Origin: Asterias rubens
Taxonomy: Eukaryota
Direction of reading: 5' to 3'
NCBI RefSeq assembly: GCF_902459465.1
Contig: NC_047080.1
Coordinates: forward strand, 1-64,000
DNA length: 64,000 nt
Numbering within the stretch: position 1 is the stretch's first letter; each line of letters opens with the position of its first letter. The position numbers and the translations under genes are program-made. A model generated the notes under the pieces. It did not search any database, was not told where the DNA came from, and saw nothing but the letters and a program-made list of their open reading frames with translations. Of the stretch, positions 1-9,822 are shown one piece after another.

Positions 1-146
1 AAGGCTCTTTTAAAGACCTGGTACTTGGGCGAATGTACTCTCTTTATTTTCGAAATTTGTCAATACGACCGAAAAGGACAAATTTCAAAAAAGGAGTACT
101 AGCTACAGCGCCCAAAATACTGGAGTATAACCTATGGTATACATAC

Positions 147-299
147 CCACGTTAACCTGTTCATGGCTTCCGTTCGCAGGGTTGAAGCGATGCACGGTGT
201 GGCCTAGAATGTCAACAAAGTAGAAGGTCTGGCTAGGTACATCCCAGTACGGACTCTCCAGTAAACACCGCAGTTTTTCACCACAGCTGTGACTGACAT
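147..299 (-). CDS. RGN: Regucalcin / SMP-30 gluconolactonase family, first coding exon; gene continues beyond the left edge; apparent 1-nt frameshift at about 263-265
   Basis: ATG at 299 reads MSVTAVVKNCGV. Restoring one base gives LLESPYWDVPSQTFYFVDILGHTVHRFNPANGSHEQVNV, then G|GTATGT (phase-1 donor at 146). This matches the recalled regucalcin N-terminus (GESPVWE..L.FVDI....V.RW) and a phase-1 first coding intron. Not in the ORF track because of the frameshift. Confidence 0.8.
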
Positions 300-437
300 T
301 ATGTTGAGTTTCTTCTCTAGCTTCTCAAAAAAGCTGTGATGGGTATGAATGTTGTAAAAACAATGGGGTGCCAACAACGAAAGCGATCTTTGACCAGCGG
401 GAGGTACCCCGCAACACTATGGGAGTAGTAGTAGTAG

Positions 438-867
438 TAGTCTTGGTTTCAAGACCATTGGTGTTGCGCGATCACACACAACCAACGTTCCGATCTATGC
501 ACGGCAACAACTGTACACGCTTGTAATGAACGAACGTTCCTTCATTTTACAAGTGTGTGCAGTAAGTGTCTTGGCCCAAGTTGTAATAGGCCAAAGCGCG
601 TCCGCCACGGTATGGTTTAGTTTATTGGACGGCTTGAAATCTAGACTATACTGTAGCTTGCCATTTAAGTCTAGATTACCAACCGTCCAGTAAACTAAAT
701 CATACCGTGGCGGGCGCGCTTTGGCAATTTACAACTGCGCGTACACTATCCAATATCAAGCACCATAGTCTTGGGCCAAGACTAGTACAGTTGTTGCCGA
801 CCGTGCATAGATCGGAACGTTGGTTGTGTGTGACCGCGCAACACCAATGGTCTTGAAACCAAGACTA
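438..867. mobile_element. Foldback/MITE-like nested inverted repeat
   Basis: 438-516 is the reverse complement of 785-867 (one 4-nt indel, one mismatch). An inner pair, about 580-657 and 668-736, is also inverted. Confidence 0.75.
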
Positions 868-2039
868 TAGTTGCAGTAGTTGCGGATGTCCAAACATACA
901 CGATCAAAACAGGTCAAGTAGCCTACTATTGTTCCGTCCCATTGAACTTGATACACCCCATCGTCTCTAAATGTACCAGAAAAAAAACATAGCAAAATAG
1001 ACATTGGTACGAAACTGATTTACCCTATTAATTTAATGAGCTTAAAAGTAGAATAGCCCATGTTGGACTACTCCGGTGCATACAGTGGCCCTGAAAATGA
1101 CGTCCGACCAGGGCTAAAAGTAGGCCTATATGTAAAATAAAGCAAAACATCTTGCCAAAAAGATTCAAACTTTACAACTTTAATATGAGGAAATAATTAA
1201 CAACAGCACAGAAACAACAGACGTTGCATTTTACATTAAATTTTAAAAAGTTGTTTATATCAAATAATTATCATGTAAAATAAAACGATTGGACACAAAT
1301 AACGTATGAAGAAAGTCTCTTTTAATAAAATGTAAATAAATCACTTTTGAAATAAAAAGTGTAGTCAGATGCCAACAATACTTGCCAAGTGGGCAATATT
1401 TTATAATGTGTTAGCTGGTATGGATGGTCAAACCACAGAGCATGCAAGACCCAACAACCTACATGCCTTGTACTACCCCTGCACATTTTGTATCGCCAAA
1501 AGTCAACTTGTTATTTACTACCGGCATTAACAATTAGAAAACATGTCATTTTCGTTGGGGGGGGGGGTGGGGGTTGGGGGTGGGGGTTGGGGGGAATCCC
1601 TACCTACCTACCCTTATTTTTTTTATTTTTTTTGGGTGGGGGCGTTACGCCAACATAACATGCTTTTTGGTATGCCTTTATTTTGTAGTTTATTATTAAG
1701 AGGGCCATCAAAACAAGTATAATGTAGCAATGTAGAATGTTCTCATAATAATAGAACAGTCAGATCGGCAGATTTGAGTGAGCAATCAAAAGGCAAAAGG
1801 CGAAGAGAGAGAAACATTACATTGCAATATCTAACCTAAACTAACAATATAAACTGGGTAAAGGCTGTCATATGGTATGGGTCGACTGCCCTCAAGCCTT
1901 TGGGGATTATTCTGCCCAAGCAAAACAAAAATGCCGAATGGAAAGTTAAAGTTCGACAACAAAGTCTTTATTTCAAACGTCTGGGTTGAGTAAGTGACGC
2001 GTTATAGGAAACTCAAAGGTAACACTCAAAGGTAACACT

Positions 2040-2497
2040 TTAAAGGGTGGCTGCAGTGGGGTTTTTTAAAATTTAAACGATTGAACATGACTTTTTAAAC
2101 CTGAAATATTTTTTTAATTTTGTTTTAATGCGCAAGTATTTTAAAAGTGGTTGTCAAGAGATTAGGGGAACCCACCCCGCCCCTAAAAGGGAGCCTTCAT
2201 GTGACGTCATGTCGGGAACCCGAGCCGTCGGGCCCCTGGCTGTGTGCATATAGAGACGTGTGCACTGTGGGCCTGGTACCTAGGCGCGTGTAGTTAGGGA
2301 CCAGACTCTTTTGCCGACGATATATTTAAATTCCCGACGTGACGTCGATGGAAGGGGGCGGTAACAATTCCCAAAAGGGGGGCATGACTTATTCGCTAAT
2401 TACGCAAGTGAGATACGTCGGGGGAAAAAAAACACATGTTATTGATGTCACAGCAAAATTAACTGTTTTATTTTAATTCACTGCAGCATCCCTTTAA
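2040..2497. mobile_element. Non-autonomous TIR element with TTAA ends (Kolobok/piggyBac-like MITE)
   Basis: TTAAAGGGTGGCTGCAGTG at 2040 and CACTGCAGCATCCCTTTAA ending at 2497. Confidence 0.7.
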
Positions 2498-2889
2498 GCC
2501 ATGGCCCGTTAATACCCGACGGTACTTCCTGCCTATACTGTTCACATGAACACAACTGGTGTGTAGTACTGGTGTGTTTTTAGCTTTCTAAGTGCAACAA
2601 AAGCCATACTAATTTGCATATTTAATTAAAATGTCCACATAGGGTGTACATCAGGCACTTCAGGTATAATTATATAGTAATTTCAACACTGCAGTAATGA
2701 GGTTAAACAAATAGCTGATAAGCGCCTGGTGTCCACGTAATGTGGACAACCTTATTTATCGCATGTGCCTGGTGTATACAAAAATGAGCATGTTACTTCA
2801 TGAAGAACATTTTTAGCCAACAGGCATTGGTGGTTAATGCACAATTAAAACATATTCAGAGAAAGTATGATGGCTTCGAGAACAAAATA

Positions 2890-3505
2890 AAAGTGTACAC
2901 ATTATGGTGTACGTCAGGCACAGTGTGGTCGGGACTAGAATCTGGAGCTGGATGGGCACTGTCGGAAACAGCGCCGGACCCACTATCGGCTGGCAGGAGT
3001 GGATATTTTATTTGGGAATGGCTGGCGGTTCGGGGGGGGGGAGGCACAGGTTCAGAGTCGGCATCGTCATCGTGGGCACTGTCGCGAGAGGATGGGAGGG
3101 TACGATCCAAATTGCAGAGGGAACTTTGTAGTACTCAGAGTTCTTGTCACGGTACGAGGTGCTCATGGAAGCCGAGTTATCAGGAGCCAACAAACGGATG
3201 TTGCACCACAGACCATTGACAGATGAGACGAGGTAGCGATTTCGTGCACAAGACTAGCTTGTTGCGGTTGCTGTAGAGGTATACCCAAGTCGCCACCTTC
3301 AACCGGTGTATCGGGTGGAAAAGACTTTTAGACGGGCTTTTGCATTTGTCCCTGTGCGGGTGGTTACGAGAGCGATGTTGGTGCTGGGCCTGGATCGTGT
3401 TGAGTTTGACAAACGTGATCTGCTGGTTGGTCACTCATGGTCTGGTTGGAACCACACTTCGCGTGCTGACAAACCTCAGGTTACGAATACGGGAGTTCTG
3501 AAGCC
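2890..3505 (-). mobile_element. Degenerate LTR-retrotransposon (Gypsy-like) pol C-terminal remnant
   Basis: Frameshifted fragments NSRIRN / GLSAREVWFQ / TNQQI..QHQHRSRNHPH / WVYLYSNRNK / ARNRYLVSSVNGLWCNIR / FVGS / STSYRDKNSEYYKVPS resemble the post-integrase region of invertebrate Gypsy-like polyproteins as recalled. Multiple stops and frameshifts. Confidence 0.55.
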
Positions 3506-4044
3506 AAGACATCCAAAGCACAAACGTCCAAACGTCATCAAAATATAAATCATCATCTGAAATGAAAATGACAGCTCCAGTTAGTTTTTGTTCCAGCAAA
3601 ACCAACAGCAGCCGAGACACCAAAACCACAACCACATGCAGCAGCATACCAGCAGGAGCCCACGCACACTCAACAACATCCTCAAAGAGAACTTCGTCTG
3701 TTTCAGCAGCTCAACAAAAGTCGACAACCATAATAACCAAAGCAGCACAAGCAGCTTCTCATTCTTGTTACCCAAGCTTTAGATAATTACCTGCATGGGA
3801 TAAGTATGTCTTGGATTAATGAGAGCCTCCAGTCGACCCAAAGCGGTACTTTTCAACTCGGCTATAGTATGAAGGTAGTAGTTAAAAAGCAGGACAGTTC
3901 TTTTCAGACTTGCGAAGTTAAACACATGGTGTTACCGCAAACCAAATATACATACTATTATTACACATACGGTGTTGCATAATAGGATACGTTTTGTGTA
4001 CTTTGCAAAGTCAAACAATAAATATCCCTATAATAGTTGATAAG

Positions 4045-4268
4045 TTTGCAACGGGGATAAAGAATATCAATTTTTTTAACCATACACCGATGTGCGTCAG
4101 CACTCAGTATTTTCCCGAGCCCTGTGACCAAAACACAGGCAATATTCCTGTGATAAGAACTCACGAACCTTGCAATTCTAGAGCAGTGTCTTACCAACTA
4201 GACTACCGAGATCGCCCGGTAGCTGGAGGCAGTTCGAATCCTATGTTTTGGCAGCGGGTACCGCAACG
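4045..4268 (-). mobile_element. tRNA-derived SINE; partial second copy 4285-4372, related copy at 32239-32355 (+), 3' tail fragment at about 21487-21532
   Basis: Minus strand has a tRNA-like head (CTCGGTAGTCTAGTTGGTAAGACACTGCTCTAGAATTGCAAGG). The 3' body (ATCGGTGTATGG...TTATCCCCG.TGCAAA) recurs at 4285-4372. Confidence 0.65.
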
Positions 4269-5077
4269 TTATCATAGATAGTAAATTTGCATCGGGGATA
4301 AAGACTATTAATTTTGTGTTTTTATTTTACCCATACACCGATGTGTGTCAGCACTGTATACTCAGTAACTGCTTTGGGTTGCAAGGGGTCTTATTATACC
4401 ATTTTTCACAACCACATTGATTCGAAGTGAAATGACGCTCAAAGTGATTTATACTATTTGCATCGCAACCAAAGTAGAGGGCGACTGATGTAATATATCA
4501 GTCGCGAGTCTGGCATGTCCACTGCTGGACGTATCACATCCGTCAAGAGTATCATTTTGGTATTTTGAGCTCTCAATCTATGTATTTAGAGGGTGTATTT
4601 GTGCTTTATATCTGCTACGGTGCCCTAAGTTTTGAGATTTGGAAATAAAGTCATGAATTTGAGAAAGGTGTGACACTGAATACAAGTCGGTCAATTATCG
4701 CTCACTGCGGCAGGGCGGTTCGCCGAGAAATTTCAAATGCATACCGAGTACAAATTCCCGTTTTGTGGTTTTTTTTAGGTTTTTTTTTTGTTGGGGGGAT
4801 ATTCCATGCATGTATTTTGTCAGTAATGTTGCAGTGGCAACCCCAGATTGCGGCTGCGTGAACCACACTGGTCATACCCGAGTGGTTGCGTTCAAAAGCC
4901 ACAAAGCCCGGCTTTCAATTACCTTAAGTACCCTCTTTCATATAAAGAACCATGGGGCCCTAGCTTTCTTGAAGAACGCAATTCCCTGTTTGGAACATTA
5001 TACGCATCGCTTTTAAAGCTATATTTGTCCCTGGTACAGATCCCATTGTAGCCTAGCTCAAACTCTGCAATTTCACC

Positions 5078-5616
5078 ATGAGCGACCAAATGCATGAAGT
5101 TATAGAAGAACTTGAAGGGGTTTACGGCGCCGCCGTCGGGGAATCGTCTTCAAAGATTTTCCGGGGCCTCTGCACCTCCTACAAGCTCTCTTATAGATGC
5201 TTTGAAAGCTTGTTAGAAGATGGATGGGACGATCCAGTGCAGTTTCAAGACATGGGTACAGAGTGGAGAAACGTGCTGGCCTTAGCTCCGAATGGGAGTC
5301 AAAACAGAAATCTGGAGATGATGCTGCTTAGAGTTGATGCCGGTCCTCTCGATACAGCGATTCCTAAAGCTAAGAAGGCAAAGCATGACAAACAACCGCC
5401 CCTTGAAACCACTAAAAGCCGATATGGCGAGCAACGTTTCAAGACATGAGTGCAGAGTGGAGAAACCATGTGCTGGCCTTAGCACCGAATGGAGGTAAAA
5501 AAAAAAATCTGGAGATGATGCTACTTAGAGTCGATGCCGGCCCTCTCGATACAGCAATTCCTAAAGCTAAGAAGGCAAAGGATGACGAACAACCGCTCCT
5601 TCAAGCCACTAAAAGC
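5078..5616 (+). mobile_element. Probable TE-derived ORF fragment (possible gag/ORF1 N-terminus, SAM-like helical pattern) with a 194-bp tandem duplication
   Basis: 123-aa ORF 5078-5449. 5243-5419 is duplicated at 5437-5616 with divergence and frameshifts. No splice context, and it lies inside a TE cluster. Confidence 0.4.
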
Positions 5617-6951
5617 TAATATGGCTAGCACTAGCAGCGTTTTAGCACCATCCACGTCTTCGGTTAAACCGACATCGCAGGTAACCAGATTTTCGAAAGC
5701 ATTCAAACTCAAATATATATATTATTTAAAATTTAATATGTCAGTTATAAAAAATATAAAAAAGGCTTTTACGCATGAACTGGGTTCCAAGTATGCCTGC
5801 CAAGCAAAGGGCTCTATGTTGATCAATGTTAAAGAAGTTTCATAATTTGCAAAACGGCGCTTGTTAATGTGGTACCAGCTGTATGGTGGTCACTAGGTTT
5901 CTTAAATGCAAGAATGTTATAATTAGCAGTCATTTCAGTGAAAAAGGGTTACTTCTCGATCTCTCTACACGGAGCACGGGAAGGAACAGTGGTAAGAAAA
6001 AAGTACGCAGAGGCTAATTCGTTCGCACGGTTTGGTAATCCGTTCGAACGAATTAATAATCCCTTGTAACGGTTTAGTAATCCGTTCGAACGGTTAAAGC
6101 CATTGGACCATTTCGGTACAGAACAAAAATAAAAGTTCACAGATTTACAAGTAACTTACAAGGTTTACAGAAGGTAGTGGTGAAAGAATTCTCTTGAAAT
6201 ACTATTTGCACCGCTGTGGGCGTTGAGGGCGACTGACTCTTTGTCAGTCGCGATTCTGGTGTCCACCGGATGGACGTTTTGGGCGGAAGGTCCCAAAGTT
6301 TTAAAAAGATTTATTCCTCGTGCCCGAATTACCATTGGGAAATCTGGAGTGGACGGCAATGGTGAGACCACTGGGTGGGTGTCGATGGCTTAGGACCAAG
6401 GTAGTATCTATAGTATATGCTTTCGGGAAGGAAAGGTAAATTTTCTTATTTTCGACTATTTAGACCCATGTGAGGGAACATGTGTTTCACTTGCCGGGCA
6501 CAATGGCGGCCGGTCCTTTTGCGCTTGGGTGCATTTGTATGGGACATAATGGCACCCTTTGTAAAATCGTTGAGAGGTTAACAATGGCACGTTTCTTGGT
6601 GGTATCAAGGGTCCATGGTGGTCGGTGGATTGCTTGCGGGCCCATGGGTGTCGCATGAGTGGGTACATGAGTGTAAGTGCAAGTGCCAGCGCGCACACAG
6701 ACATACAAGATTGATTTTATCGGGGTAGAGAGGACCATCGAGGTATGGTGGTGTGTTGAGATAACTTTATGCACCATTGAGGGTCGTGCTAGTTAGTTAA
6801 AAAATTCCGTGCTTGGCGCCAGGTTTTGTTCTTTGCCGTAGAACATTTTTTTTTTTTTTTCTAGTTGAGGTTAAACTGCAGAGCTTTTGAGATCCGAAAT
6901 ATTCGGCGCTTCGGATCGGTACCCTAGATAATGGTCCGGAGTTCAGTGCTC

Positions 6952-8850
6952 AAATGGGGAGAGCCCCCCTTTTATTTGGTTAGCTTTGCATCCATGTTTT
7001 AGATAAAAAAATTGTAATTTAAATGGGAGTGCCTATCCTTGGTGAGCCTTGCATAAGGCATGGGTAGTGCCCCATAGTAACGAACATGGTAAGTGGGTGT
7101 TTTAAATTGGTAGTGCTCATTTTGTTTAGCTTTACATCGGGGAGTGCCCCAAGTAATGAACCCGAAACAATGGCCGTTTTAAAAGGGGGAGTGCCCATCT
7201 TTGGTTAGCTTTCCTTCGGGGAGTGCACCAAGTATAATTAACCCGGAGAAATCGGGTGTAAATATGGGGAGTGCCCATCTTTGTTTGCTTTATGCATGTA
7301 TCGGGAAGTGCCCCAAGTATAAACCCAGAAAATGGGTGTTTTAAACGGGGAGTGCCCATCGTTGGTTAGCTTTACATCGGGGAGTGCCCCAAAGTAACGA
7401 GCCCGAAAACAAAAAGAAAAAATGGGGAGGGCCCATCTCTGGTTAGCTTTAGATCTGGAAATACCCCGAGTATGAACCCAAAATGTGTGTTTTAAATGGG
7501 GAGTGCCCATCTTGGGTTTAGCTTTCCTTCGAGGAGCGCCCCAAGTATAGTAATGAACCCGAAAAATCGGGTGTTTTAAATGGGGAGTGTAGTGTTCACG
7601 TGGTCACACTCGGTTATGCAAATGAGTGTAAGGTCACACGGAGGCAGAATGGAAAACTGAGGAACAGAGAATAAAGCACATGTTGATGCAGAGATTGAAT
7701 TCGTATATTATTGCTTTTAATAGTGTTGATTTAATTCGTTAGTCTATTAAGACATTACAGGAGTGCCTATGTTTGTTTAGTTTTATGTTTGGAAATGCGT
7801 CAAGTATGAACCCGGAAAATGGGTGTTTGAAATGGGGAGTGCCCATCTTCTTCGGGGAGTTCCTCAAGTATTGAACTCGGAAAATTGTGTGTTTTAAATG
7901 GGGAGTGCCCATCTTTGGTTAGCTTTCCTTTCGGGAGTGCCCCAAGGATTGAACCCGGAAAATTGGGTGTTTAAGATGGGAAGTGCCCATCCTTGGTTTT
8001 TCTTCGGGGAGTGCCCCAAGTATGAACACGGAAAATGGGTGTTTGAAATGGGGAGTGCCCATCTTCTTCGGGGAGTGCCCCAAGTTTTGAGCCCGGAAAA
8101 TCGTGTGTTTTAAATGGGGGGTGTCCATCTTTGGTATGCTTTCCTTCTGGGAGTGCCCCAAGGATTGAACCCGGAAAATCGGGTGTTTAAGATTGGGAGT
8201 GCCCATCCTTGGTTAGTTTTCCTTCGGGGAGTGCCCCAAGTAATGAACCCGACAAAATCGGTTATGTAATGGGGAGTGCCCATCTTTGGTTAGTTTTATA
8301 TCCGGAAGTGCCCCAAGTATACACCCGGAAAATGGGTGTTTTAAATGGGGAGTTCCCATCTTTGGTTAGCTCCTTCGGGGAGTGCCCCAAGTATTGAACC
8401 CGGAAAATCGGGTGTTTTTAATTGGGAGTGTCCATCTTTGTTTAGCTTTTTTTCGGGGAGTGCCCCAGTAATGAACCCAGAAAAATAATATTGGTGTTTT
8501 AATTGGGAACGGAATAGCCCATCGTCTTGTTTTGCTTTTCATCGGGGAGAACCCGGAAAAAAATTTAAAAAAATGGGTGTTTGAAATGGGGAGTGACCTT
8601 CTTTGGTTTTTCATCGGGGAGTGATCTCATTAATAATACAAAAAAAAAAAAAAAAAAAAAAAAACGCTTTGGATGGCGAGTGCCCCACTTGGGTAGGCCT
8701 TGCGTAATGAGGGAGTGCCCTGAGTAATGAGCCCTGAAAATGGGTGTTTCTAAACGGGGAGTGCCCCTCTCTTTTGGTCTTGGTCGGCACTGGGGCGTCC
8801 CCCTTGCTTGGGCCTTGGAAGTTAGGGAAAAACGGGGAGTGCCCCCTTAG
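6952..8850. repeat. Diverged satellite, about 73-81 bp unit with two GGGGAGTGCCC motifs per unit
   Basis: Consensus approx. AAATGGGGAGTGCCCATCTTTGGTTAGCTTTCCTTCGGGGAGTGCCCCAAGTATGAACCCGGAAAATGGGTGTTTT, roughly 20 copies, interrupted at 7588-7759. Confidence 0.9.
7588..7759 (+). mobile_element. 172-bp solo LTR-like insertion with 4-bp target-site duplication
   Basis: Begins TGTAGTGT and ends ACATTACA (TG...CA with short inverted termini). Flanked by a GGAG duplication (7584-7587, 7760-7763) that splits a satellite GGGGAGTGCC motif. Contains AATAAA. Confidence 0.7.
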
Positions 8851-9730
8851 GTTAAGGCGTATTTTGGTTTAATCGGCCAATGGACGCTGGAAAATCTCTA
8901 CAGGCAAAATGAGGTCTAGTATTTGGAGAGTGCCTACATCCAGAGATCATGATTTGAAGCTTTTAGACGTACAAAATAAGTTTATATACTTGTGTAGAGC
9001 CAGTAGGGGAGATGCCCTTAGCTTTGATCCACACCGGGTCTTCGTCAGATGTATAAGCAAACACAAGCAACATAGCAGAAGGAGGGCAAAGAACTATGGG
9101 AAGGCTCCGAAAAAGCGGAAATTATACCCGTTCAAAGTTGTTATCTTACAGACATGGGGTGGCTACGATCCCTTAAGAGTAACGCAGTGATGACAGAATG
9201 ATTGTCAATGGAAGGGTGGATTACCTGCCAAAAAGGCTAGCTAGTAGGGGAGCAGGACTTTCGTATCTTATAAAGTAAAGTATAAAAGGAAAGGCAACGG
9301 GGAATGCCACACTTCCGATTTGGCAGGCAGCAGGGGAAGGCCCTAGGAAATAGACTTGGAGGTGTGCACTCTGAAAGTTTGGTGCCTCTGTTGGTTTGGC
9401 CTTTGGCCTTAGTTAGCCTTGCTAGGAGGGCGGTATTTATAGGTACGGCTCAGGGGGAGTACCCCCTCAGTCACCCCTTAGTCTGAATGGCGTTGCGGTT
9501 ATGCATTGAGTATGGTCTGAGAGAGTTCTAAATGGGGAGTGCCTTTATAGCGGTTTTGGCACCATAATATAGGAAACTGGCCCGGTTAATGGGGTTCCTA
9601 TAAGACTAGAGCCCAATAAAAGAAGCTCTTGTTTGCACTTGTATAACGTTTGTTCAATACAGGCAAAGTCGGCTTTGAAAGTCCATAAGCCTGGCAGGCT
9701 TCAGTTGCTCAAGGCTTCCCGAGACCGGTT

Positions 9731-9822
9731 ACGATCGTAACGTAGCTTATGTCATGGCTCTACGATCGTAACGTTGCTTATGTTATGGCTCTACGATCGT
9801 AACGTAGCTTATGTTATGGCTC
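9731..9822. repeat. 31-bp tandem repeat, 3 copies
   Basis: CGATCGTAACGTAGCTTATGTCATGGCTCTA starting at 9732, 9763 and 9794. Confidence 0.9.

Noticed and set aside
3502-3786. S/T- and Q/N-rich ORFs open in several frames
   Set aside because: Low-complexity sequence with no recognisable domain or splice context; origin unresolved.
7132-8614. Short ORFs with MGTPHLKH-type repeats
   Set aside because: They are translations of the satellite.
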